Shown here piece after piece: positions 12,555 to 27,500 of a stretch of DNA of 64,000 nucleotides (its first letter is position 1; the number at the start of each line of letters is the position of its first letter). The notes below the pieces were generated by a model. That model saw nothing but the letters and a program-made list of their open reading frames with translations. It did not search any database and had not been told where the DNA came from. A program made the position numbers and the translations under genes. The stretch lies in assembly GCA_905178155.1 (NCBI GenBank), contig CAJINV010000014.1, positions 1,315,242 to 1,379,241 on the forward strand, in the 5' to 3' direction. This DNA comes from Amoebophrya sp. A120 (taxonomy: Eukaryota > Protista > Dinoflagellata).

Positions 12555-15500
12555 ATGGCCGCGGGAGGTGGACATGGCGAAAATGAGCTGCCTGCTGCCG
12601 GCGCGGATGAAGCTGAAGCAGTTCTTCAAACGCAGGACGATCTTGACAACGAGAAAGAAAAGAGAAAGACTGTCATGCGCCGCATCACGACTCCCGATTT
12701 TTCCACGGTAATTGTGGCAGGAACATCACGTTTTGAGAAAAATGTGACACCGACCCCCGCCAGGGATGAAGCTAGCCCCCATGTTGAGCATGATCCACTC
12801 CATCTCAACATCGCGGCCAAAAGACCGTCGGTGACGGTTACGGAAGCCACGGGAACACCAGCAGTGTTGGGCGACGAGGAGGGTTTATTTGTGACCCCCG
12901 AGCATCAAATTACAGTACCGTCACCCGGAAGAACCAGCGACGAGAAGAACGATAGAGCTTCATGCGATCATGATTTGTTTGCGAAACATAAAGATGTAGA
13001 AGTGGACCACCAGCACCACCAAGTGCTGACCCCGAAACGACAGGATCATGGGGACGATGGCCTTGACGTCGACGGGGAAAGAACTCGGCGCATGATCAAC
13101 CAATTTGACGAGAAGATTCTTGACCATGAGGAAAAAACGAAAAGCAGCTCTTGTGGAGAGCAAGTAACGGCTTGCGCTGCTGTACTCGTTGAACAAAAAG
13201 AAGAGCCCTCGTCCGTTGCTCCTCTTCTCGATCTGGGTCTATTCGATGAGGTTCCAACTCCAGAGCTGCGGCTCCTGTCAGGAACAACACAACAGCAGGT
13301 AATTGCAACGGGGGGCGCGAGGACAAACGATCTGAATCAAAAGCCAACTACCGGAGTCGATTTCTCGGGCCTGGATTCCTTGTTCGGGCTTCCTGCAGCT
13401 CACTCTGAACATCACCTCCCCGCCGTTCCGGACAATAAGACGACGCTGGACGTCGTGGTTGAGAACAGAAGTACTTCTAAAACTGCTATCGCTTCTACCG
13501 CCAACATGAAAATAAATTTGTCCTGCGCTAGATCGTCATCAACTTCATCTGAGACATGCGACGATGTTTTGTCTCTCCTGGAGCTGTTGGAAGAGCACAC
13601 GTTGGAAAAGGTTACTTGCAAGAACGTTTCCCCCGTGCTGCAGGCGAGGAAGGAGATAGTCCTCTGGCATACGGAGAAGCTACTTGTCAACATCTACGGG
13701 GCGGTCAGAGCTCCTTCAAGCGGTGAAGAGATTCTCGTGGAAAAATGCCGGAGGATCATGCTTCTCCGAGGACCAAGAGGACGTACCAACAAGGCGGTTT
13801 CTCCGTGGCGGAAACAGCTCCAAGAGCAGGAACTACAGGCGGAAGACCGGACTAGAATGTTGGCAGTGAGTGCCTCTGTGAAGCAGGTAGTTGTAGGAGC
13901 TTCTACTACCCTAGTTCATCATCCTGGTGCAAGTAGATCTGGTGCTGAACATGATCCAGAAATGCTTGCTCCACCAAAGCTGGAATCCAAGCAGCTGGTG
14001 GACTTTCTGCTGCGCATGAAGGATGTGTGCCACGCCGATTACTTCGACTTGCTCTACGAGATTGGTTTCCCGATCGCCTTGGAAGCATTGCAAAGCTTGG
14101 CTGTGCAACAGGAAGTCGGACAGCAAAATGGCACCGATGGTGAAAATGAAGGCGGGCCACGTGAAACTACACAAACTGCACAACTAGAAATCCTCTCCTC
14201 AGCTACTGTAAAAGCCAGCAATTCTACTTCGTCCAGCACGTCACAAGCTACACCACCTTGTTTCGCTGCGTTCGTTTTCCACCTCCTCACCCCTTTTTTG
14301 TGCAACCGGTATTCCCGGATCATCGCCGGGAAATACCTGGAGCAATACAGCGAGCTGATACACCTGCACGGGGCGGAGCCGGTGGCAAACGTTCTTTTCG
14401 GGGATGAAAATAGCCACGACCCTTGTTGTGACGGCGGCGCGGGTGGAGAGGGTACTAGTCGTGCTGACATCTTCAAACGGTTGCAAACAATAGCACAAGT
14501 AGGACCACCAGGGCCCGATGATGCCAGTGAAGTTCACTGTTTGCTGAACACCTTGGAGAATCGGAAAGGGAGCAACAGCGAATATCTGCACACGGGGAGA
14601 AAACTCGCGCTCAGCTTCAAAATCAAGCGAAAAGAATTGCTCAGTTTGCATGGTTCTTCTAGTACTAGGGGGAAAAAGGAGATGAAGATGCTGGGTTGTG
14701 CGAAAAATAACACGAAAACCACTATACGACCCGATGAACATGAGGACCTTCTTGGTTTGGACGTTTCTTTCAAGAGAGTGAGATGGAAGGACACAGAGCC
14801 CTGTGGAGGTGGCCCTTTGGTGGAAACGATCATCAGGACTGCGGAAGACTACGAGCGGGAACGAGTGTACGGTTCTTACGTCGAGAATTACGGCAGCTTT
14901 TCTACACCCAAAAACTGCATTGGCGGTCCTCGTGGTGCAAGAACTACTAAGTTCGATGATCCCTTCCTGGCAGTCCTGGACAAACTCGCCGACGAAAAGC
15001 ACACCCCCACGCCGGTGGCGAAGGGGAGAAAGCGGATTGAGCAGGATCTTCCTGATGATCCGCTCGCTTCTCTATTTGGCTTTGCGCCGAGCCCAAGCCG
15101 AAAGGAGAGGGAGGAGGAAAGGAAGAAGGAAAAGCGGCGGGAAGAAAGTCTGCTAGTGAAATCTCGTCTGCTGGATTTGGAAAGTTGCGAGGAGCAGGAG
15201 GACGCTGGGGGTGTGCTTCGAGATCATGATGGTACGAGCGCGGCAGAGGCTGTGGATGATAAAGTAATAGAGGGTAGTACTAGCTGCGTACATGATGCTA
15301 AGAAAGCCTGCCCTCTGGCTGACCTCTTTGCTATCAACGAGGACGCTAGTGTGATGGCTGCACGACCTAATACCGGTGAGCATCTCCCTGACCAGTCGAG
15401 CGCTATCGTGACAGCTAGCGGTACTACGAGCGCCGGCGCAGCAGCTCAACCTTCTGGTGCTGATACAAACAAGAAACAGAATGCCTTTCTTCTCCTCCTT

Positions 15501-18500
15501 CCGCTGTTCGACCCTTTACGGTGCGAGATCTCAGGAAAGTACCCCACTCTGCCCGCGATTCGCATGCCGGCACCTCCGCCGTTCACAAAGACGGCAACCT
15601 CGACGCTTTACTCTTCCAACAAGGTGGTGGCCTCTGAGAAGGCGAAGGCAGGAAAAACGGTTGGATTTTCGGGGGTTGAGCAAATCAAGATAGACGACAA
15701 AATCACAACACTCGTCCCACTGACGACAGCGACAGAAGGCGTAAACCGAGCTTCAGATAGTGGACCGCCACGACGAACTATCAGCGCAGCTGCAGCAGCT
15801 GTTTTGGAGCCGCTGCAACGAACGGCACCGCCAGAGGCAAATGCGGGGGCAAGAAGCAGGTCAATAATAGCTGCAGCGCCGGCACTTGCCGCTGTTCCGC
15901 AAGCCCAGTGCTCTCGGACCAGGCCTGGGTGTGAAGGTTTCGAGTTTCAGAAGTTGTTCCCCGGCAAGTTCGCGGAAATGAAAAACGTGCTCCGGGACCG
16001 AGCCCTGCTCGAGCGGCAGACCGTAGCGTTCCGCTACCTCGTTGCGGAACTGAAGTCGCATAAGCCCCTGCCCGTCCCGCCCAGGTTTCTGAACTACCTC
16101 GATGGGTGGAAGCTCGCGGCCTCGCAAAACCCGAGCGGCAGTCTGGCGGACAGAATTTTCCTGGGTACGAGAGTCCGGGAAAAACCGCTGACGCACTTGG
16201 TGCTCAGCTACCGGTTTTTTCTCGACAGAAGCGGCATGGATTTGCAGGAGAAGTTTTTCCGGGAGGATTTCGTGACCTGCAGGTCTTTGCTTGCTGCTAC
16301 GCTGCATGTCCCGGAGAGCAGTGTTGAAGATTTGAAAATCTTCTATTTGAACAACGTGCTGAGCAGCGCGTTTGGCGGTTGTGGTAAGAACACCAACAGC
16401 AGTAGCGCGAAAAAGAGCAAGACGAGCAAAGGTGGGAAAAATAAAGTAGACAAGAATCGTGCCAATAAGGGGAAGGGGAGCAAGCAGACGAATCGTCGGG
16501 GCTCCAAATCGGACGACGAACTGTTCGAAGATGATGAAGTTGAGTACGCCGTGAACATTTTTCTAGTGCAGTTTCTCATTCAGCTCCCGGACAAGTACAG
16601 GGTTCTTCCTGCGGTTAAGAAAACGACGACGGCGGTGTCGAAAGTAGCTGCCGCGGCCCCGGCCACGAGGGCAGCTATCAGTACAACGCTTACTCCATTG
16701 CCACGAGCCACCGCACCGACTGCCGCTTCCAGTACCATATCTGCGGTAGGTGGAGTAGCTAGTACAAAGAAGCCGGCGGCGTCCACGACGACGGCTACGA
16801 GCGCTGCAGCCCGATACGCGGACATCAAGGCCAAGTTGAGCAGCGTCCTGCCATCGAGGTCGTCGGCAGTCAGCAGTATCAATAAAGCCGCGAGCGCGGC
16901 GGGACCGGGACCGGGAGCAACTACAGCGCCGGGCGTAGCTCTTGTAGGTACTACTGCGTCGCAGCCAGCAGCTCGCGCGTCCACGTCTACCACGAGCGCG
17001 GCAGCAGCTGGAGCAACAGGAGTAGGAGCAATGAAGCCTGGGAAAATTTTAATTTGCAGGGATGGCACAATCGTCAGAAACCTGTCCGTAGTTCAAGAAC
17101 AGCAAGCCACTACTGCCGGAGCAATGTTAAAAAGCGCGGGAAGTAGTAGTAAATGCACAGGGCCGCGGGGGGCACCCGCTCCTTCAGGTGTCGTACTACC
17201 AGGAACACAGAGTCAGTTGCAAAGCAGAAATACAGAACCTCTGGAAAAAATTTCCAGTCTGATAGACGCGGACCTCTTGGATTTGCAAGACAATGGTCCC
17301 GCAGCTACAATCGGCCGCGCGGCGCAAGAGGTAAAGCACGACCACGACCCGCCGCCGGCACAGCAGCAGAAAAGCCGTTTCGTCGCCGCTTCATCGATAT
17401 CCTACGTTACCGCGGACATGCGCGAGAATCAGAGTCCGTGCAGCGATCTCGGGCCGCCCGGGATGGAGAGGTTCTCGCTTGATCCAACCATTATGATCGA
17501 CGGAGTAGAAAGTAGTCCTGCAGCGAATGAAAAAAAAAGTAAGATCGAAGATGAAGTGTCGCCATTGGTTTCACACTACTGCGCGACCAAGTCGCATTCG
17601 AATACAAAAATCTCCACTTCTAGTAGTGGTGGTGCTGAACAGACGGCAACTGCAACGATAGCTAGACCCCCACCTGCTGCGAATTCCAGTTCCACTTTGC
17701 TAGACCGCATCATGGAGAGCAACCATAGCACCGCTTCGGATTCATCTGACCAAACCGCAAGAAACCTGATGATTCCGTTCCCCCCTGGCCTTGGTGTGGC
17801 GCCCGAGGCGGTCCCACAGCAACAGGATTTGATCAGTTTCGATGTTGTCCCGGACGACGGACGACCTGATGTTGCGTGCTCTGGGAAAGAAGTTGGTGGC
17901 ACTTCTGCTGCGCCGGATGTTGTAGGAGTGCAGCTGATCCAGAATGATGAGTGCCGTGAGCAGACGTCACAACTCGCGGGGGCCAGCATACAAGAAAGCT
18001 GCGTCGAAGAGGAAATAAGTCCTACTCCACCACAACTCGAACTGCCCTGCCTGCTGCAGACCAGTGCTAGTGCACCAAAACTTCTTCGTCCGAAGATGCA
18101 ACTCGATGGGGGAGGACCAGGACCAGAAGTTGTCACACCAGCAGGCCGCTTTGCTCATGCTCCACATCAAGACGAATCGGAGTCGGACGGCATCCAGCTG
18201 GGCGCAAACTGCGTGAGCGGCTCCAACTATTCATCGGGAGTAGAGGAGTCTTGTTCGCCCCGCGGCAGTGCGGGCCAGCAAACCGGGTTTGTGAACAGCT
18301 CGGACGGCGAAATTTTCTCCAACGGAAGTTGTGGAGCAGGAGCAATACCAATGAACGGCACGACCGGGGGCAAATCATCTGTGGTAACGAGCACCTTTCT
18401 GCAAAAGAACATGATGTTCACGATGGGGGCCCGCGGAGAAGGCACTTCTTCTTGCGAAGATGTAGTTGACCCAATCAACATGGTTGGAACACTCAACCAG

Positions 18501-21500
18501 GCCGCCGTTGTCACGACTGACATTCTCAGCACGTCAACGCCCGGAGGCTGTACGACCAGTTCGGACACCGATGAGCAGCGCCTTGTTTCCTCTTCCGGGG
18601 GAGAGCGACAGCAGCAAAAGCAAAAGGGTAGTGCTTCTGGTGGTGCGTTGGTCTTCTGGAAGGAGAGGGAGCAAGCTGCCCGGGACGCGCGAAGAAAAAG
18701 ACAGGAGGAGATTATCGCTGCAGTAACGAGCGACTCGGACGCGGCTGCTCAACAACTTCGTGGTCCTGCAGTTCTTTCGGTGCACCGCGGTGCTGCTGCT
18801 TCTGCGTCCTTGCAGCTCCGGGAAGCTCCTGGTGCTGTCCGAGTGTCATATGTAGGTCTTGGGGGTGAAGAAAAGGATTCTAGCACCACCGCGGTTCTCT
18901 CGGGGAGAGTAGAACAAGAACAACCCCAACAAGAGCATACTCTTGATACCCCGGTTGTAGCCACGACGGATCGGACGGGAAACTTGGCCGGGATGACGGG
19001 CCGAAACTCTACGAGCAGCTCCGGGACCTGCACAAGTGCTGCAAGAAGAAGGGACAACTACATTTCGGTAGGACCGCGGCCACATCTACAACAACAGCCG
19101 CGCAGAGTGCTAGCAACTCCAGACCTACTTTTCTTTGACGAGCCTGTTGATGTTGACGTCGTCCAGGAAGAGCCGCAGCAAACTCTCGAAAACATCGATC
19201 TGCAAGAGTATTTCTCGGACGTTGGGACAGTGACCGCTGCGTCCTTGTCAGCGCTAATGTCTGCTGCTCGAGATGCTTCTCGCGGCGTTCGAAGCAATTG
19301 CAGCTCCTCCATTCTGTCAACAATCTCTTCGCAACAAAGGGAAAACCAACGAATTCTCGACCTCGGGTCCTCTCGTTCTAGACGAAAGGGAAGACGATCG
19401 AGGGCGGAGAGAAGGAGACTTATGAAGAAAAACAAGGGCGAAGCAAACAAGTCCAGCCAGCAACGAGGACCCCCGAGTATCTTGGAACAGCTTTATCAGA
19501 AGATCGAACGAAGGAGCGGCTGCTCTGATGTGCTACATGTTGCGCGGCGTTCTTCTTTGAACGGCGTAGTAGGCCGTTGTGAACCGACGTCGAAACGACC
19601 AGGGCTTGCGAAGATTGGACGGCAGGGCTTGGCCCTTGTGGACGGCAGAAAGAACTCTGGAAGTTCGTCAAATGTGACCCATTGTCCACCGCGCAGCAGG
19701 GGCAACGTCATGCCGTCAATTATCTCGGAAGACGACGATCTGATCGACCTTACCGGAGGTAGTTTCTTCGCCGAAAGTGAAAAACTGGAGGGAAATCAAA
19801 ACGAAAATCAGGAAAGCAGTGATGATGAAGGTGAAACAGAGGAAGAGGATGCTGAACTCTACACCGGCGCCTTGTGGTCGGATTTGACAAAAAGCGACAA
19901 CCAGCAGGTTCGTCAGACTAACGATGCTTACTACAACGACGAGGACCCATCCTCGACTCTGTACGAACGATTTCTCCAGGAGTTTGCAGCTGCGTCAGGA
20001 GCAGTGCAACAGTTGAACACAGAGGACGAAGACGAAAATACAAACAAGAAGCAGAGAAAAGAACAGCTCCGGGAGCTGCAGAAAAGGATGCAGCAGTTGG
20101 AACAGCCGGAATCAGAAGACTCCCTTGATACAAACACGGACTCATCATCTGAATCAGAAACAAGTGGAGACGAGGAAAGCGATGACGGGCTACACTTGAA
20201 GGTAATCAACCTGGCGAAGGACACAAGTTTCATCGACGAGCGACAGTTTTCAGCCTCGCGCAGCAAGCTCACTCCACTGGCGAACGCGCGGGCACCAGGG
20301 CTTTTATTTAATGCTTCTAAGGCTCCTGCTCCGCAGCTGCAGATGAACAGGAATGGAAAAATAAACACGGCAAACAGTAGAAGAAGCCCTTACATGCAGC
20401 AGCAGTACCTGTTGTGGCTGAAAAAGCAGTCCGAGATGACCCAGACCATCAACAACCGAGCTGAATACGCGTATCAGCAGGAACTTCGGAAACTTCGGGG
20501 AGACGGAGATTCTGCGTCTGCCGCAAAATTTGACAAGAATTTCGAGGCGATGCTGAAAGAACAGAAAAACGCGGCGCGATTATTTCCGACCGGCGCAGAG
20601 GGTAAAACTAAAAACTGTGCTGGTGACAAAGAACTGCAGAAACTACGGGAGGAGGTAGAATACGAACGGTTTCTGCAGCAAGAGCAGGAAATATTGACCG
20701 CAGAACAGATGAGGAAAGAACAAATGATGAAAGACGACCAGCCTGACTTCTCGAAGAAAATTCCGAAGAACGAGATTTACGAGCTGCTGCAGCAGGGAAT
20801 AAAGCTTCCGCCGGAGTTGATGGTCAGGGAAGAGATCGTGGAGGGGTTGGATGATCATGGGACGTCGAGAAGAAAATCTGCCAAGAAGAGAACATCATCT
20901 TCAAAAGTGCTTGCTCCACATCAGCAAGACGAGGGTCGTGAGTCTTCGCATGTTGGAGATCACTTCTTACCACAAGACACAACGACGACCCAAATAAGTC
21001 CCGAGGAGCGCTTGCGAATCGCTTTTTCCGACTTGGAAAAGATTTTGAAACGGGGCAATGGAGCGGACGAGAACGAAAATGAGTCAGGCGAAAGAACAAG
21101 TTATCAGCTTTTCCCAACATCTCCAAACTCAGAAGGAGACACACGGGAAGCTGTAGATTTGGACGAGGAGGGTGAAGATGATGGGATGAAGAGCAGGATG
21201 TTTCCAAGATCGCTACGTGGTCCAAAACGTTCTTTCTTCTCCGCGGTGTGCCATCCTGCATTGCTTTCCTCATCCGTAAACAAGTTCAAGCCCCGAGTCT
21301 TCACCGCTTGGCTTGCCAGACTACAAGTGTTGTCGAAGCGCAAGAATCGGGATGCGTGTCTCCGGGTGGAAAAAGCGTTGCCGCGGTTTGTGAGAGGGGG
21401 AACGTTTTGGAAAACCACTACCAAGATGTTGAAGACGACTTCCAGCAAAGTATCCAACGAATACACTAGCTGCGCTAGCCGAAAGGGAGTGAAATTTGTT

Positions 21501-24500
21501 AACAACCATTTCAAACACCACTACCATGCCGTCAAAACCAACAGCCGAATCCGCTTACTCTTCCGAAATCAGGTGTTGCCCCTGCACTACGGAAGGCTCA
21601 GATTTCCGAAGAGATTCGAGTACTGGCAGTTTGGACAGAACAGAGACACAAGTTTCTCCTCCGAATCACAACTTTCTTACTACTATCCGGATTTCTGCTA
21701 TGACGACGAGAATTGGCGATTGTTCAAGAGGCACGAGTTTTTGAAGCAGCGGGCAGAGTTGGACATGTTGAGGCAGCTGCAAAAAGCGATCCGGAACATT
21801 GCGGAAGGCACGGACGACAGCGTCGTCCTCGGTGGTGGTAGGTTGGATGAGTTAGGTACTGATTCCGATGATGAGGAGGTAGATTTTCCCTGTTCATCAT
21901 CCAGCGACGACGATGATCTTGGCGTTGCTTCTCGTAAGAAATTGTCTACCGGTAATAGACGTCAACCGACAAAAATGTTCGATGCTTCTGGCCGTCCGCA
22001 GCTGGCGATACTGGGACGACGAGATACTGCGGGTCGTGATGTGTATAGCCAGGGGGCGAACACGATGGGCGAGAAAAAATGCAATTCTGAGCAGCAAGAT
22101 GCTACAACGCAGCACTACACCCACTTCCGCAAGCCGACCCCGGACTCGGCCGCCATCTCTTTCGAGTGGCAGCAGAACGAGCAGCACCCGCTGGATAAAG
22201 TTGGGACGATCATCACGCGGGCGGACGGGGCAGTGCTCGTGGTGTCAAACATCGAGTATGTGGAGCTCGCCGGGTGTGGCTTGCGACGCAAGATTGACAT
22301 GGTGAAAGTGGCGACGGTTGTGGCGGAAAGAATTGAAGAAGAGGAGGAGGAGGTGGAGAAAATAATCGAAAATGCCAGCAGCTCAACTGAGGAGAATAAC
22401 GGCAAGGAAAAAAACAGCGGGCCACACAGGGGTCATGATTATGCACCAAGGGCAGGCGAGGACGCGGCGCAGGATCAAGGCGACCAGGAGGGAGATGTTC
22501 TTGTTCTTGACACGATGAACACGAAGACCGAGGAAGGCCTAACGGCTACCGGACTTCGCGCAACGGCGGCTCCGAGCGGCACCAGCAAGAACACCAAAGA
22601 TGTACTGAAAGTGGACGACGACAACGACGACCGGCAAGAAATCGATGAGCGTCGACGTCCCATGTATCGGTACAAGCTGCACACGCGGAGACCGGTTTTG
22701 CTTGCGGAGCTGGCGGAGTGGGAAAAGGCCATTTCCGTCGAAATGCTGCAAAAGGTCACCGCCTGGCAGGGGGGATCTTACCGACGACTTGGGAACAAGG
22801 AGAGCCAGAAGTTCGCAGCTCGTAAAAGAACAGACGAAGACGAAATGATTGCAACATCCTCTACTAGTACAACCTGCGAAGAGAATGAGGATGACGGCAA
22901 TCCAGTGCTTGCTGATTTTGATGACACAGACGAAGGAGATGCCAGATTCCGCGACTTTTTCGCTGTAGAGGAGTTTGAAAGTTTGACTTTTGACGAAGAA
23001 CTTGAAAACGACACAAAGCAGGACCTTTACGCGGAGCCAGGGGAAGGACAGCTACAAGATGAGGACAGAGCACCTACAAACGATGGTCCGCTGCAGAGTA
23101 AACCAGGACCTACAGGTGGAGATAAACATGAAATAACGGTGGAGACGCGTTTGGTGGTTGCAACAACTGGAACCAGCCCGGTCGACAAGCACGGGCAGGA
23201 AGAAGACGGAGAGGATGTAGTTTGCGAATCGGCAGCTGGTGGTCCTCCCCTTTTCGAGAATCGGAAGCAGGAAAACGACATTCTTGTGCTGCGCGTGCCA
23301 TGCCGTACTGAGTTTTGTAAGAATTCAGCATGTACAGGGTGTATTTTAAGTTTTTTCTGTGTAGTAAATGGCATGATGTAGTAGTCAGAGCTGCAGAAAA
23401 AGTTCATGTCTATTCAATGAATAACCCATTCAACACAAACTAAACAGACGGCTGCGGTGGCGTACCCTGCACGCGGCAGTGGGCTGTGGACGAGGATGAT
23501 GACCAAATTTTCACTGTGTACCAAGACGGCCACGACTACGATTGGGGGAGCCCTCCGGAGATGAAGGGGGATGCTGATCATGCACGCGATCACTACTACC
23601 CTGATCATGTTGCAAATCACGACTTTCCTTCCCGGCACGTCTGGAACCTGTGCACGAGCATCACGCTGACCAACCTGGACACACACAGCAAGGACTTGCT
23701 GGATTCACCCCACGCGATTCTCCGCACTTTTGTCCCGTTGACCGATTTTTCAGCAACTGCCTCCGGCTTCAATTCCTTTTCCCCCTCCGGTCGGAATGCG
23801 AAGAACGTGAGAAAAGTTTTCGAGTCGGAAATCAAACGACAGGAAAAAATCCAGCTGGCCGCGGCGCGAGAAAATAAAGCTGCGGCGATGCGGGAAAATA
23901 ATAATCGTGTTGAAGATCTTCAGGCGGGAATAAATACTGAAGTAGATACACCAGAAGAGACCACTCGAGTACCAGATTTTCATCCTGACAACCCCGCTCC
24001 AGATCTTGACCAGCCGAACCTGAAGTCCGTCGTTGCGACCCTTCGGGCAGACTTCTCGCACGTCCAGAAGTACGGCTGTAGTATCCAGGATCGGAAAAAC
24101 CTCGAGAACCAGCGGAGGAAATTTGATATGGACTGCAAAAGTATCGTATTCGTATGAATGCATTACAAATTTCCTCAGCATGAGACAGAGAATCTGTAAT
24201 GCAAATTTACCCTAAGAAAAAGATTTGTAATGCATGATTGCAATACGAGTACGATACTTTTGCACAGGATATTTGAAGAAAAGTACGAGCAGAACGAGTT
24301 GTGGAAGTTGTGCTTTTTGAAAGGCTTCTACGCAAGAAAAGAACTGTGTAACTGTAAATCTGTGATGCAGAAAATGCAAAACAGTTACACTTGTCATGCT
24401 CGACATGCATGATCGGCTCGCTTCATATGTATGTGTTTTCCTTCCTATCTGCGCATAACAAGTTTTTCCTGTCATGGCAGACAAACTTGTGATGCTGTTT

Positions 24501-27500
24501 TCGCAAGAGACTTGCACTAACACAGTTTTTTTGTTCGATAGCTTCGAGTACCGGTTGCGACCGGCGACGCCCTACAACCCGTATAATTGGGACAACTACA
24601 GCGCGAAAGACGTCAGCGATTTGATGCTCTTTTCTAGCAGTCAACAGCTTTGTGCTAGTGGGGCAGGAGCTCCTTCGGGCACCCATGGCGACGCGTTGTC
24701 AGTAATGGCGCAGGAGAACTCGTCTTCGGGCGCCGGTTGTAGTTCTGCCACGGGATTATCGTCTAGTCATACGCCGTCAATTGTGGACATGAGCATGATG
24801 AATAGCTCGACCACTACTTCGAGTTTATTCGGATTCGGCTTGCTGCCAGCGAGGACCTTCACGCCGGGCGCGAAGATGAAAACCGCAACAATGACGACGA
24901 TCTTCATCCCGCGAGCGTGGCGGCAGTTTGGACACCCGAAACAACTGTATCACTCGGATAATTTGCTCCGACACAGAAGAGTGTTGTTGCAACAAGAAGG
25001 AGGAGGACCACATAATAGCACGCACGAAGGGCCGCCGCAACACCAACACCAGCTGCAAAAATCGCTGCTGGCACTGCAGAACAGTACAGCTTGTGCCTCT
25101 TCTATGCAGCCGAACGCGCATCGCAGAACCCTGGACAGGCTTACTGGGTTCGATGAGGAGCGAGCTTCCGACCGCAGGCAGGAGGGGTGGAGTAGGAAGT
25201 GCTTGACGGACATCGATTGTGAGAAATCCGTGCAGGAGTTTCTTGCGGAAATTGTGGGCAGTGTGGAACGGGAGATCAGTGGGCCTGTTGTGGAGGACGA
25301 AGTAGGAGAACGAGGGGAGCCAGCTTCTGCAAACGAAAGCACATCTGCTTCACACGAACAACACGAAGGCACGATACGTGCAGGAGGTCGCGGTCCCGCG
25401 CGAGATGAACTACTACACGGCGACTTCATTTCTGAAGACCCTGAAGAGGTAGCGCTTGCTGCCGCATCCGGCGGACAAGGACCACGTATTTTTCCCCAGC
25501 TCCAGAGGACGGACAGCGCCAGCAGCTCCTCGTCTGCGGACGAAGAGGAAGTTGTAGTAGATCGAAATCGAGGTGGTGGTCTGCAATTACAACAACTCTC
25601 GCAAGAACGTCGAGACCAGCACGACGAGCAGAACAACAACTACAGTCCTGAAGAGCTTGAAGCGAAGAGGCGGAAAGAAACGAGGAGAAAGCTGGAGAAA
25701 AGGTTCGGGGTTCTGTTCCAATCCGAGGAGAAGCTGAGCTTGCTGCAAAGAGCCGTCGCGGGGCTGGTTCGGGAAGAGCAAATGCGGACGCAAGATGAGA
25801 AAAAGAAGGAGTTGAGAAGCACCGTTTTCGAGTATTACAATGAAATAAGCCCCCACCCCATATCAAAACAAAATTTCTGATGCTGGATTTGCGTGCACAA
25901 ATCTGATTTGTCTTGCAGTAGAGGACTGCGGGCCCACATCATGCGAATGTAGAGAGGTTCTGGCCTAGGCACTTAGCATGGGGAACGTCTATACTGTAGG
26001 ACCAACAGCATTGCAAACCGCCTGCATAATGGGGCGGATCCCATGCCGTTGCTCTCTTGCAAGACAGACGTGATTTGTGGTCACAAATCAGCATCGCAAA
26101 TTCTCTGAGGCGATGCTTTTCGATATGGGGAGGGGGATCTTTCCTTTTGATATCGAAGCAATTTCTCTGGAGAGTTTGGAGAAGTGGGAAGAGGTATCCT
26201 GTGCAAAAGTATCGCACTCGTAGTAATTGCATTTATGCATTACAAATCTCTTTCTCAAGGTAAATCAGCATTACAAATTCAATTTGTAATGCTGGGGGAA
26301 TTTGTAATGCAGTTTATACTAGTACGATACTTTTGCAATGCATAAGAGGAATACGAGAAAGAGAGGCTCTCCGAAGAGCAGAAATTTTCGTCCGCCGCGT
26401 TGCTGCACGAGAGGATGGTAGAGGAAGTTGGGGACGAGGAGAAAATCGCCTTCATCTTGAAGGATCCTACTAAAATAAATGTTGCTCCTCCTCCTGCCGC
26501 CGGCGGTCAGCAATTATACAATTATGTCAACAATAATTATTCCAAAACCGCCTCGTCCAGCATGAACAAGCAGCAAAAGCACCAGTTTTTGTTTCAAAAA
26601 GCGCTCGAAACTGAATCCCACCCGGCGAACAGCGTAATCAACGACGAAATTCAGAAACAGCTGCGCGTGGCTATGACCTGCTCAAGCGTTACAAGAATCT
26701 CAAACGTTACAATAGAATCTGGGATGTGTCTTGCAGGATGAGCATGACAGACTCGCAGAGCGTTCCACTTTCTGCAATACAAATTTCGCCAGATTATAGT
26801 GCGGCTTGGAGCTCCGAAACTTGTCATGCGCAATCCTGTGGGAAGAGGCTAGATCATGCACTCTTGCATCACAGATTTCCATATTCTATTGCAACGTTTG
26901 AGATTGTAACACCTGAGCGGGTTATAGTGGCCGAGGTGCGGGGGGAGAAAAAGAAGGACCTTCAAGCTATTCACTGCAAAAATGTCTCGGTCTGGAAGAG
27001 TGGAACTTGTAATGCTGTCTGCGGATTCTACAAATATCTGTGTTGCATGAGCAGCAAGAAGCGTCCAGCTCTTGGCACGCACCAGAAAGGGCATTTGTCA
27101 TGCGTGATAAGCATCAAGAAGCTCTCACAAAATCTGTGATGCTAGGACCTGCATCACTGACCTCATGGGTCATGCAAACTGTGCATGACAAACCCCGACT
27201 CTTCCAGACCCAGACATATTTGCATATGATACAAGCGGAGCTGAAACAAATCGCGGCACTGATGAAGCAGGACGGGGACATGCGGCGGAAATTGGAGAAG
27301 TTGAACAAAACAGTAGCGCAGCGGTCGAATATCGCAGCGAGGAAGAACAAGGCGAAAAACAACTTGTACTATGGCAGGAACAACAATAAAAGCGGCTACA
27401 TCAGCAATCTTGCGCCCATTCCAGAGGGAAGTGAGAGCGAAAATGCAGCTTCTTGCGAGAAACTAAACAAGCAGGACTTCTACAGAGACCACGGCGATGT

